Of a stretch of DNA of 64,000 nucleotides, positions 39,184 to 48,128 are shown in pieces. A program made the position numbers and the translations under genes. How positions within the stretch are numbered: the first letter of the stretch is position 1; each line of letters starts with the position of its first letter. Under the pieces are notes generated by a model that saw only the letters and a program-made list of their open reading frames with translations, made no database searches and was not told the origin of the DNA. The DNA is from Clostridium sp. (lineage in GTDB: Bacteria > Bacillota > Clostridia > Clostridiales > Clostridiaceae), in the NCBI RefSeq assembly GCF_036781005.1, contig NZ_DAIQBT010000012.1:3047-67046 (forward strand), written 5' to 3'.

Positions 39184-40227
39184 ATGAAAACAAAAAGTAT
39201 ATTTAGAAAATTTCAGATTTTATTGTTATCAATATTCTTAATTTTAGGGGGCAGTTCTGTCATTGCCAAGGGACAACTCTATAATATTGCTAACAATAAA
39301 TATGTCCTATCAAACTACTGTTTTCCAGGACCAAATTTAATCCATCCAATTCCGGATTATCAGTCTCAAAATAATGAAACTACAGTGGAATTACCAGATA
39401 ATACAGAGACATCTAGTAATTGGGCAGGATATATAGTTACACCAGCTTCAGAAGGTGAGGGCTATACAAGTATTTCTGGAAGTTGGACAGTGCCAAATAT
39501 TTCTTCAACTAATGAAAATGCAGTAGCTGCACAATGGATTGGACTTGGTGGAGTAGATTCTTCTGATTTACTTCAAATTGGAACTATGGAACAATTAGAA
39601 AATGGACAACCTGTTGCAGTGGTGTTTTGGGAACAATTGCCTGATGTTGCCCAAAATATAATGACCATACCAATTAATTCTACAATTAGTGTAAATATAT
39701 ATAATTCTTCAGGTTCAACATGGAATTTGACATTTACAGCAACTACACCTAGCGGTGAAGTAAAAACCAAAACCATATCTACCACCTTAGATTTTTCTTA
39801 TGCTGAAGGAATTGGAACATCTGCAGAGTGGATAAGTGAAGATCCATCAGATGTATATGGTAATCTTGTACCTCTTGCAAATACGGATATAGTAAAGTAT
39901 GAATCTGCCAAAGTTAATGACAATTCTTTAAGTGATTCCAGTAATACAATCCGTCCCGTTGCAATGGAGTCAAGTAGTGGAAATATTGTAATCTACCCTT
40001 CTTCACTTGGTTCAGATGGAGAATCTTTTACTGCAACTACAGCAGTTTCAGGTAATAAATCAAATAGCAGACCAAATAGCAATCAAAATTATACCCCTAA
40101 TGTTAGACACAGATTTGATAATATTCCTCCAAGACAAAGGCATATAGATAATCTTAGTGGGCAATTTCATTCAGAGGAGTCCATAACATTGCTGATTTAT
40201 TATAATGCAAATAAGAGGTTAGATTAA
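39184..40227 (+). CDS. Secreted glutamic peptidase, family G1 (eqolisin-like)
   Basis: SSNWAGY, WIGLGG, LLQIGT (catalytic Gln), SAEWISEDP (catalytic Glu); signal peptide. Confidence 0.85.
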   Translation: MKTKSIFRKFQILLLSIFLILGGSSVIAKGQLYNIANNKYVLSNYCFPGPNLIHPIPDYQSQNNETTVELPDNTETSSNWAGYIVTPASEGEGYTSISGSWTVPNISSTNENAVAAQWIGLGGVDSSDLLQIGTMEQLENGQPVAVVFWEQLPDVAQNIMTIPINSTISVNIYNSSGSTWNLTFTATTPSGEVKTKTISTTLDFSYAEGIGTSAEWISEDPSDVYGNLVPLANTDIVKYESAKVNDNSLSDSSNTIRPVAMESSSGNIVIYPSSLGSDGESFTATTAVSGNKSNSRPNSNQNYTPNVRHRFDNIPPRQRHIDNLSGQFHSEESITLLIYYNANKRLD

Positions 40228-40263
40228 TTTCTAACCTCTAAAATGGGTATTTTATTGAAAGTT

Positions 40264-40902
40264 TTATTTATTTTTTTCAGCAGCTTCTGCCTCTTTTTTG
40301 GTAACATGAACTGTGCCTCTTGGATGATTAGGCGGTGCATAAATAGAGTAAAGTTTTAGAGGAGTATTGCCTATATTTATAACATTGTGCCATGTGCCAG
40401 CAGGTATCATAATTGCATAATCATCGTAAACCTTTCTTTGAAAATCTAGATTATGTGTACTATTTCCCATCTTTACAAGTCCCTGTCCTTTTTCAACACG
40501 CAGGAATTGATCAACCTCTGGATGAATTTCCAAGCCTATATCTTCTCCTGGATTTATACTCATTAAAGTAACTTGAAGATGGGAACCTGTCCAAAGAGCA
40601 GTACGAAAAGTATTATTTTCATTAGTAGCTTTATCAATATTCACCACAAAAGGTTGTGGTCCATAATCTTTCAATTTAACTGAACTGTTAGCTTTTGGTG
40701 CAGGTGAATAATCCAGTCTCGAATCATATTCAATTCCATTTCCATCATTATAGTGAGTATACGGACTTCTATATCTTTTCTGAAACATTGTATTTACAAA
40801 GTAAGGGCAGGGATAAATATTGTAATTATCCATGCCATTTGAGTCATAGTTTCGTGTATTTCCACAGTATCCACAGGGATAGGTTCTATAATTATTATAC
40901 AT
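40264..40902 (-). CDS. Cupin-domain protein with Tyr/Cys/Asn-rich N-terminus, probably spore associated
   Basis: DYGPQPFVVNI, FRTALWTG, GLEIHP..DQF, PAGTWHN, YAPPNH. Confidence 0.85.
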   Translation of the reverse strand: MYNNYRTYPCGYCGNTRNYDSNGMDNYNIYPCPYFVNTMFQKRYRSPYTHYNDGNGIEYDSRLDYSPAPKANSSVKLKDYGPQPFVVNIDKATNENNTFRTALWTGSHLQVTLMSINPGEDIGLEIHPEVDQFLRVEKGQGLVKMGNSTHNLDFQRKVYDDYAIMIPAGTWHNVINIGNTPLKLYSIYAPPNHPRGTVHVTKKEAEAAEKNK

Positions 40903-40931
40903 ATTTTTTTCCTTTCATAGTAGTACAAAAT

Positions 40932-40960
40932 TATAGTATGTTACAATTTATAGAAATGTG
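40932..40960 (-). promoter_or_regulatory. sigmaK-type promoter of the cupin gene
   Basis: Minus strand CACA-N16-CATACTATA. Confidence 0.6.
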
Positions 40961-41014
40961 ATTATGTAGGGTAGAACTTATATTTTACATTATGTAAGAT
41001 AAGCTAAATGTAGC

Positions 41015-41116
41015 TGCAAAAGTGAAATAATATGCAAAACTGCAACATAGTTGTATAAGCTGCAAACACTATTGTATTGTACAAAAGCTCAATAATTTTG
41101 TTGCATTAATGCAATA
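41015..41116. promoter_or_regulatory. Putative sigma54 enhancer sites (TGCA-N4-TGCA)
   Basis: TGCAAAAGTGAA (41015), TGCAAAACTGCA (41033), TTGCATTAATGCAA (41101). Confidence 0.7.
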
Positions 41117-41166
41117 GAATTATTTGATAAATTTATGTATACTTGAGATTAGCACATTTTTTAAGA

Positions 41167-41182
41167 TGGCATGATAATTGCG
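41167..41182 (+). promoter_or_regulatory. sigma54 -24/-12 promoter of the ACP-ligase-luxE-luxC operon
   Basis: TGGCATGATAATTGCG, GG-N10-GC. Confidence 0.85.
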
Positions 41183-41222
41183 TTAGTTAATATAATTAAT
41201 ATATTTTTGGAGGTATATAATA

Positions 41223-41465
41223 ATGGAAAAAATAGATAAATTCAATAAGATAATTTGTGATACGTTAAATATAAAAGATTCAGCGGATATAAAAGATGAA
41301 TTAGGTCCAGATGAAATAGAGGCATGGGATTCTCTGGCTCATGTAGAGTTGGTTACAGGATTATCAGAAGAATTTGGAGTGGATTTTGATGTAGTGGATA
41401 TATCGAGAATGTACACTATTGGAGATGTAAAGAAGATGTTAAAAAAATATGGGGTAGAAATATGA
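41223..41465 (+). CDS. Acyl carrier protein
   Basis: 80 aa, acidic, WDSLAH phosphopantetheine Ser, TIGDV. Confidence 0.9.
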   Translation: MEKIDKFNKIICDTLNIKDSADIKDELGPDEIEAWDSLAHVELVTGLSEEFGVDFDVVDISRMYTIGDVKKMLKKYGVEI

Positions 41466-42931
41466 CTTTTACTGATTATGTTTTTGAAGAGTTTAAAAAT
41501 TCAGATAAAATAGCAGTAATAGATAAAGATAAAATAAGTTACAGGGAAATTTACGGAGGTGTAAATTATATAACTTATTTATTACAGGAAAATGGATGTT
41601 CAAAAGAGAATAGTGTACTTCTTATTTCAGACAATTCTGTTTTTTTTATAAAAACCTATTTTGGAATAATTAAAAATGGAAGCATATGTGTTCCTGTGAA
41701 CCCTACTATATCTGAAAACGATATAAGGTATATTATGGATATACTAGAAATAAAGATAGTATTTTGTCAGAGGAAATACAGGAATAAAGTAGATAAGATA
41801 GTTTGTAGAGATACTATGGTATATAGTGAGGAAAGTGTTTGGGCAAGTAAGGATGAAACTGACTCCAGTAGTTTTATAGAAGAAAAAGAGGATACGGCTC
41901 TTATTATGTTTACTTCAGGTTCTACCTCAAAACCCAAGGGAGTTATGCTTACTCATTATAATCTCATGTATAATACTAATTCTATAATAGAATATTTGAA
42001 GTTGACTAAAAATGACAGGGTGGAAGTGGTACTTCCTTTTTATTATTGTTATGGAACATCTCTTTTGAATACACATTTTAGATGTGGAGGAAGTGTTGTA
42101 ATAAATAATAAGTTCATGTTTCCAGAAACAGTTATAGAGGATATAAAAGAGTATAGCTGTACCGGTTTTGCAGGAGTACCAAGTACTTATCAAATATTAC
42201 TTAGAATGACTAGTATTAAGACAATTAAATTACCTTCACTAAGATATGTAACCCAGGCAGGGGGTAGGCTCCCAGAAGTATTTATATCAGAATTATGTGA
42301 AGCCCTTCAAGGAACAGATGTGTACATTATGTATGGACAAACTGAAGCTACAGCTAGATTGTCATATCTGCCTCCAGAGCAGATTAAAAATAAACTGGGG
42401 TCTATAGGGTGCGGTATTCCAGGAACAGAACTTTTTATATTAAATAAAGAGGGTAATCCTACTGCTGTGGGAGAGGTAGGAGAAATAGCCGCAAAAGGCG
42501 GAAATATAATGAAAGGATATTTTAATGACCCGGAAGAGACAAAAAAGGTACTGAAAAATGGCCTTCTGTACACAGGAGATTTGGCTTACAGGGATGAAGA
42601 TGGATATATATTTGTGGTTTCAAGAGAAAAAAATATAATAAAGTGTGCAGGAAATAGAATAAGTCCCAAGGAGATTGAAAACACTATATGCAGTATAAAA
42701 GAAGTGGTGGAATGTGCTGTTATAGGGGTAGAGGATGATATTCTAGGGGAGGCTATAAAAGCCTTTGTGGTTCTAAAAGATAAAAATTCTTCTATAGACG
42801 ACAAATATATAATTAACTATTGTTCTTCAGTATTACCAAGATATAAGTTGCCTAAGTATGTTAAATTTTTATCACAGCTTCCCAAAAATTCTTCAGGGAA
42901 AGTATTATTTGCAAAATTAAAAAGTATGTAA
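41462..42931 (+). CDS. AMP-dependent acyl ligase (ANL superfamily)
   Basis: FTSGSTSKPKG, YGQTEA, TGDL, LPKNSSGK; ATGA overlap with ACP. Confidence 0.92.
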   Translation: MTFTDYVFEEFKNSDKIAVIDKDKISYREIYGGVNYITYLLQENGCSKENSVLLISDNSVFFIKTYFGIIKNGSICVPVNPTISENDIRYIMDILEIKIVFCQRKYRNKVDKIVCRDTMVYSEESVWASKDETDSSSFIEEKEDTALIMFTSGSTSKPKGVMLTHYNLMYNTNSIIEYLKLTKNDRVEVVLPFYYCYGTSLLNTHFRCGGSVVINNKFMFPETVIEDIKEYSCTGFAGVPSTYQILLRMTSIKTIKLPSLRYVTQAGGRLPEVFISELCEALQGTDVYIMYGQTEATARLSYLPPEQIKNKLGSIGCGIPGTELFILNKEGNPTAVGEVGEIAAKGGNIMKGYFNDPEETKKVLKNGLLYTGDLAYRDEDGYIFVVSREKNIIKCAGNRISPKEIENTICSIKEVVECAVIGVEDDILGEAIKAFVVLKDKNSSIDDKYIINYCSSVLPRYKLPKYVKFLSQLPKNSSGKVLFAKLKSM

Positions 42932-42960
42932 AATAAGTATGGAAACAGGTGAGATATGCT

Positions 42961-44073
42961 ATGGATATGAAGCATTTAATAGAAAATATGATTTTCAGGG
43001 ATCAATTTGAAATGTTTCAGGAAGAAAAAGAAGGCATGTTACTTGAAATAATTAAGGAACAGCTTGCATTAAATAAAGTTAATTCAAATATAGAAAGTAT
43101 GTACAGAAAACTTTCTATAGATATTTCTAAAATTTCAAAACTTGATCAGGTGCCTTTTATTCCAGTAAATATGTTTAAGACATTTGAGCTTTTAACCTGT
43201 AAAAGAGAAGAAGTAGTAAGGGTATTGAATTCCAGTTCCACAACTTCAAATACTCCAAGCAGGATATATTTGGATAAGGGTACGTCTATAAGGCAATCGC
43301 AGGCACTTATAAATACACTAAAGAGTTTCTTGGGAGTTAACAGAAAACCACTTTTAATTTTGGATGCAGCAGGTGTAAATAAAAAAAAGGAAGTATTAAA
43401 TGCCAGAGGAGCTGCGATAAGAGGAATCAGCAACTTTGCAGGCAGCATAACCTACGTTATGGAGGAGAAAGATGGAGAGCTTGAAATAAATTTGCCTAAG
43501 CTTAAGAAATTTCAGGAAGACAATAAGAACAAGGAAATATTAGTTTATGGATTTACCTATATAGTATGGAGTAAATTTGTAACACAGCTAAAGAAAAAAA
43601 ATATTAAACTGGCTCTTCCTAAAATGAAACTTTTGCACAGCGGGGGCTGGAAGAAGCTTGTATCAGAAAGTGTTGAAAAAGAGGAATTTAACAGGGTGAC
43701 AGCTGAAGTATTTGGTACTGAAAAAAGCAATATAATGGATTTTTATGGAATGGTAGAACAGCTGGGGGTAGTATTTGTGGATTGTGAATGTGGATATAAA
43801 CATGTACCGGATTTTGCGGATATTATAATAAGAGATTTTAATACTTTAGAAGAAGTGGAAATTGGACAGCAGGGAATAATAGAAGTATTGAGCATACTTG
43901 GAACCAGTTATCCTTCACAAGGCATCCTAACAGAAGATGTAGGAGAATTTATGGGAGTTGATAACTGCAGCTGCGGAAGGCGAGGGAAATATTTCAAATT
44001 CAGATCCAGAATAGAAAAGACTGAAACAAGAGGGTGTGGAGATACTTTTGCAGAGAAGGAGGAGAGAAAATGA
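42961..44073 (+). CDS. LuxE-like acyl-protein synthetase
   Basis: PFIPVNMFK, SSSTT, HSGGWK, DFYGMVEQ, ILTEDVG, C-terminal RGC; alternative start GTG 42949. Confidence 0.85.
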   Translation: MDMKHLIENMIFRDQFEMFQEEKEGMLLEIIKEQLALNKVNSNIESMYRKLSIDISKISKLDQVPFIPVNMFKTFELLTCKREEVVRVLNSSSTTSNTPSRIYLDKGTSIRQSQALINTLKSFLGVNRKPLLILDAAGVNKKKEVLNARGAAIRGISNFAGSITYVMEEKDGELEINLPKLKKFQEDNKNKEILVYGFTYIVWSKFVTQLKKKNIKLALPKMKLLHSGGWKKLVSESVEKEEFNRVTAEVFGTEKSNIMDFYGMVEQLGVVFVDCECGYKHVPDFADIIIRDFNTLEEVEIGQQGIIEVLSILGTSYPSQGILTEDVGEFMGVDNCSCGRRGKYFKFRSRIEKTETRGCGDTFAEKEERK

Positions 44074-45359
44074 TAAATTGTTATTTATTAGATGGATTCC
44101 TTTATGAAAAAGAAAGAAGCTTTAATGATTTCAGTCATATAAACCAGGTTTTGAAGAGTAATTTAAAATTATTAGGCTCTATACCAGTTCAAGCTATTGT
44201 ACTTATATTGGATGAGTATAGTAAAAGATTGAGCATGGATAGAAAACTTCTTGGAATTCAAGGAGTGTCTTATCTTTCATTTTATTTTAGAAGATCGAAT
44301 TTAGAAAAGTTAATAAGCATGAATTTAAAGGATGAAAAATATTTAGATGAGTTTGTAGCCATAGGAAATGATAAGTTTATAAAAGCACAGGCAAGAGGTA
44401 TAAGTTGCCACTGGATAGCAGGGAATATAGGTACTCTTGCACTCTATTCAATTTTTCAATCACTTATGGCCAAGAATTCAAACCTTGTAAAAGTTCCTAA
44501 AAAAAATATGACTGTAGTATTGAATATTTTAGAACATTTAAATGATATACAAGTAGTCTATGAGGAGAAAACATATTATTCCAGGGATTTAATTAAAAAT
44601 ATATGTCTGGTGTATTTTGACAGGGAGAATGAATTTTTAAATAAATCCATGTCTCTTATGGCAGATGCAAGAATTGTATGGGGAGGAGAAGATGCTGTAA
44701 ACTACATTACATTACTTCCTAAAAAAACTACCTGTAAGGATGTTGTGTTTGGGCCCAAATATTCTTTTGCTGTATTTGACAGAAAAGCTCTTGAAAGTGA
44801 TGAATGTTTTTCCTATATGGATAAATTAGCAATGGATATAGTATTGTTTCAACAGAAAGCCTGTTCTTCTCCCCAGGTAGTTTTTGTGGAAAAAGGGTCT
44901 ATTCCTTTAAGAGATATAGTCTGTATGTTAGAAAAATCCTTTAAAAAGATAGGAAAAAGATATAATGATCCTCTGGATGAAAATACCTGTGCAAAGATTA
45001 TAAATGAAAGAGGAGTGTACAGTCTTGATCCAAACAAGAATATCTGCTGCAACAGGGGGCTTGGGTATACTATTTTGATTAACGATGAAATATCATTGGA
45101 AGAACCCATAGGAGGAAGATGTATTTTTTTAAAGGAAATAGACAGTATATTTGATATAGAGAATTTAATTACTCGAAGAATTCAAACTATAGGGCATGCT
45201 ATTTCAGATAAAGGCAAGCTTTTTAAATTTGCAGACAGGGTTACATCCCTTGGGGTAAATAGGGTGGTAAGTGTAGGAACTATGAATATTTATGATTGTC
45301 CCTGGGATGGCAATTTTATGATAAATGAACTTGTAATGTGGTGTAGTTTGAATATTTAG
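44070..45359 (+). CDS. LuxC-like acyl-CoA/acyl-protein reductase
   Basis: HWIAGN, WGGEDAV, FGPKYSF, QKACSSPQ (catalytic Cys), GVNRVV, WDG; ATGA overlap with luxE-like gene. Confidence 0.85.
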   Translation: MINCYLLDGFLYEKERSFNDFSHINQVLKSNLKLLGSIPVQAIVLILDEYSKRLSMDRKLLGIQGVSYLSFYFRRSNLEKLISMNLKDEKYLDEFVAIGNDKFIKAQARGISCHWIAGNIGTLALYSIFQSLMAKNSNLVKVPKKNMTVVLNILEHLNDIQVVYEEKTYYSRDLIKNICLVYFDRENEFLNKSMSLMADARIVWGGEDAVNYITLLPKKTTCKDVVFGPKYSFAVFDRKALESDECFSYMDKLAMDIVLFQQKACSSPQVVFVEKGSIPLRDIVCMLEKSFKKIGKRYNDPLDENTCAKIINERGVYSLDPNKNICCNRGLGYTILINDEISLEEPIGGRCIFLKEIDSIFDIENLITRRIQTIGHAISDKGKLFKFADRVTSLGVNRVVSVGTMNIYDCPWDGNFMINELVMWCSLNI

Positions 45360-45542
45360 AATTTATTTCTTTTTTAGATGAAATGGTGGAGTAATGTTAA
45401 AAAAAGTGATATGTGATTTTGGGGGAGTTGTATTTGAAAACTATTAAAACTAAAACTTCAAGTAATGAATTAAAGGAATTAGCAGTCTATTTATGAATTT
45501 AAAATTTAAAAAAATATTTTATGTGAAAGGGTGAAGTACTCA

Positions 45543-45713
45543 ATGATAACTGCATTGCAGCAAAATTCAAAAAATAGTTTATCACTGCAAGAGGTGATTG
45601 AAAAATATCCCAAAAAGCAGAGATTTATTCTTCCTATAATACATGATATACAGAGGCAGTATAAATATATACCAAGACAGTCTTTAGAAAGTTTATCTGA
45701 ATATAGATTATGA
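45543..45713 (+). pseudogene. N-terminal stub of a NuoE/HydC-type oxidoreductase subunit
   Basis: EVIEKYP..ILPIIHDIQRQYKYIP; ends before the [2Fe-2S] cysteines; stop overlaps maoC start (ATGA). Confidence 0.65.
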
Positions 45714-46126
45714 GGGGTTTAACCATTGATGAATTAAAGGTGGGAGATAGTGCTTACATTGAAAAAGTTGTCACTGAAGAGGATGTATATGCATTTGCAA
45801 GAGTAACGGGAGATTTCAATCCTCTTCATATAGACAAGGTAAAATATAAAGATAAATTTAAAAAAAGGATAGCACATGGAGTTCTGCTGACAGGATATGT
45901 ATCTGCATGTATAGGTATGAAATTTCCAGGGCCTGGGACAGTGTATTTAAGCCAGAATTCAAAATTTAATCTACCTGTGTATTTTGGAGATAATATAAAA
46001 GTCAAGGTAAAAGTTTTAGAAATATATAAAAAAGAAAATATAGTAAAATTGAAAACTACTTGTATAGATCATAATAAAAGTAAAGTTTTAACTGGGGAAG
46101 CTTTTGTTATGCCTCCACTAGAATAG
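45710..46126 (+). CDS. MaoC-family (R)-specific enoyl-CoA hydratase/dehydratase
   Basis: FARVTGDFNPLH, RIAHG, PGPGTVYLSQ..F..PV..GD. Confidence 0.9.
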   Translation: MRGLTIDELKVGDSAYIEKVVTEEDVYAFARVTGDFNPLHIDKVKYKDKFKKRIAHGVLLTGYVSACIGMKFPGPGTVYLSQNSKFNLPVYFGDNIKVKVKVLEIYKKENIVKLKTTCIDHNKSKVLTGEAFVMPPLE

Positions 46127-46214
46127 TGAAAAAACTGTAATATAAAGTAAAAATATATGTACTATTGCAACTATTTTGAAATTTGTGGGAATAAATCGCA
46201 ATACTAAAACATTA

Positions 46215-46243
46215 TTGACTTAAAAAATTATTTAATATATACT
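46215..46243 (+). promoter_or_regulatory. sigmaA promoter of the activator gene
   Basis: TTGACT-N17-TATACT. Confidence 0.7.
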
Positions 46244-46394
46244 AAAGACCAAAGATATTAGTAAAGTGGTTTTAATATATGGATATTCTATACTTCTAGA
46301 ATAATCAGGTAGTTAAGATAAGTTAAGAGAATTCTGGGGAATTCTCTTTTTGTTTATATCCATGTTTTATGGGATTTTGAAAGGGGATTGTGAT

Positions 46395-47837
46395 ATGAGA
46401 GATAAAGAATTATTGGAGTTTGATAATTTATACAAGGGTAAAAAAATAGTAGATTTAACTATGAAGCAGTTATATCAGATTATTGAAAATTCTTACGATG
46501 GTATGTATATAACTGATGGGGAAGCAAATACATTATTTTTAAATAAGTCCTATGAGAAAATTACAGGTATGAAAAGAAATGATATGATAGGAAAAAATAT
46601 GAGATATCTTGTAGAGAACAAATATCTTTCACAGTCTGGCACCCTTTTGGTTCTTGAAAGTAAAAAAAATGTGACGATAGAGCAGAAATTTAAAACGGGT
46701 AAGACAGTGCTTGTTTCAAGTAGCCCTGTCTTTAATGATAATGGGGAAATAACGCTTGTAGTTACAAATGTAAGAAATGTTACAGAACTTTATGAACTTA
46801 AAGAACAGGTAAAAAAGAATATGGAACTTACTGAAAAATATTATTCTCAATTAGAGGGAATAAGGCAGCAGCTTCTTAAATTTTCAGATATTATAGCAAA
46901 GGATGAAAAGATGCTAAATACTCTTGAAATGGCCAAAAAAGTAGCTAAGGTGGATACCACTGTACTTTTGCTTGGGGAGACAGGTGTAGGTAAAGAAAAA
47001 ATAGCCAAGTATATACATAAAAATAGCACCAGAAGCAATAAAAGTTTTATAAAGATAGATTGTGGTTCCATACCTTATAATCTTATAGAGTCAGAACTTT
47101 TTGGATATGAAAAAGGAGCTTTTACCGGGGCAAATAAAGATGGAAAAATAGGATTATTTGAGCTGGCAGACGGGGGAAGTATTTTTCTGGATGAAATAGG
47201 GGAACTCCCTCTTGATATGCAGGTGAAATTGCTGAGAGTACTTCAAGAAGGTGAAATTAAAAGGGTAGGGGGCACAGAAGTAATTAAAATTGATGTAAGA
47301 GTAGTTGCAGCTACCAATAGAAATTTAAAGGATATGGTGGAGAAAAAAACTTTCAGGGAGGATTTATATTATAGATTAAATGTAGTACCTATTAAAATTT
47401 TACCTCTCAGGGAAAGAAAAAATGATATTGAACCTCTTATAAATCATTTTTTATGTGTATTCAATAAAAAATATGATTTTGATAAAATAATTACTCCAGC
47501 AGCTTTAGATTCCCTAAAGGAGTATAAATGGCCGGGAAATGTAAGGGAATTAAAAAATATAATAGAAAGGGTTATAATTATGAGCTCAGGAAACAAGATA
47601 TTGAGAAGTGATCTGCCTATTAAAGAAGTCTGGGACAGCGATGTGTCAACCAGTAATATGTGGAATGAAAAATTGACCTTAAAGGAAGCAGTAGAAAATT
47701 TAGAGGAATCTATAATAGAAAGTTCACTAGAAAAGCATGGAAATGTAAGAGATGCAGCTAAAGAGCTGGGTATAAATGCGTCTACTTTGGTAAGAAAGAG
47801 AAAAAAGTATAAAAATAAACCTGTGTTGCAAAAGTAA
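46395..47837 (+). CDS. PAS-domain sigma54-dependent activator (bEBP)
   Basis: PAS; GETGVGKE, ESELFGYEKGAFTGA, FLDEIGE, WPGNVREL; C-terminal HTH. Confidence 0.95.
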   Translation: MRDKELLEFDNLYKGKKIVDLTMKQLYQIIENSYDGMYITDGEANTLFLNKSYEKITGMKRNDMIGKNMRYLVENKYLSQSGTLLVLESKKNVTIEQKFKTGKTVLVSSSPVFNDNGEITLVVTNVRNVTELYELKEQVKKNMELTEKYYSQLEGIRQQLLKFSDIIAKDEKMLNTLEMAKKVAKVDTTVLLLGETGVGKEKIAKYIHKNSTRSNKSFIKIDCGSIPYNLIESELFGYEKGAFTGANKDGKIGLFELADGGSIFLDEIGELPLDMQVKLLRVLQEGEIKRVGGTEVIKIDVRVVAATNRNLKDMVEKKTFREDLYYRLNVVPIKILPLRERKNDIEPLINHFLCVFNKKYDFDKIITPAALDSLKEYKWPGNVRELKNIIERVIIMSSGNKILRSDLPIKEVWDSDVSTSNMWNEKLTLKEAVENLEESIIESSLEKHGNVRDAAKELGINASTLVRKRKKYKNKPVLQK

Positions 47838-47938
47838 AGCTTGTTGCAATTATGCATATAACGTATTCAGTAGGCACTATAAACGGGTGAAGAGACTCTT
47901 ATATAAATATAAGAGTTCTTTTATTTTGCAATATTGCA
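47827..47938. promoter_or_regulatory. Putative sigma54 enhancer sites (TGCA-N4-TGCA)
   Basis: TGCAAAAGTAAA (47827), TGCAATTATGCA (47845), TGCAATATTGCA (47927). Confidence 0.7.
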
Positions 47939-48058
47939 TCAAAAATATTATTTTACAGATTGCAGTATGAAGAGAATAAAGCATTAAACTTTTACAATAT
48001 AGACTTTAAACGTAGTCATATAGGGTTTGTAAAAAAAATTAATGTTCATATAAAAAGT

Positions 48059-48074
48059 TGGCATGAAAGTTGCT
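48059..48074 (+). promoter_or_regulatory. sigma54 -24/-12 promoter of the abfD operon
   Basis: TGGCATGAAAGTTGCT, GG-N10-GC. Confidence 0.9.
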
Positions 48075-48128
48075 AATTAAATATAGTGTAATTAAAAATA
48101 TATTTATTTTATGAAAGGAATGATTTTA

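Noticed and set aside
42961..45359. Bioluminescence operon
   Set aside because: Only luxE- and luxC-like genes; no luxAB or luxD, and luciferase needs O2
45710..46126. Polyhydroxyalkanoate pathway (PhaJ-like plus cat2)
   Set aside because: No PHA synthase in the window; MaoC fold alone is not diagnostic
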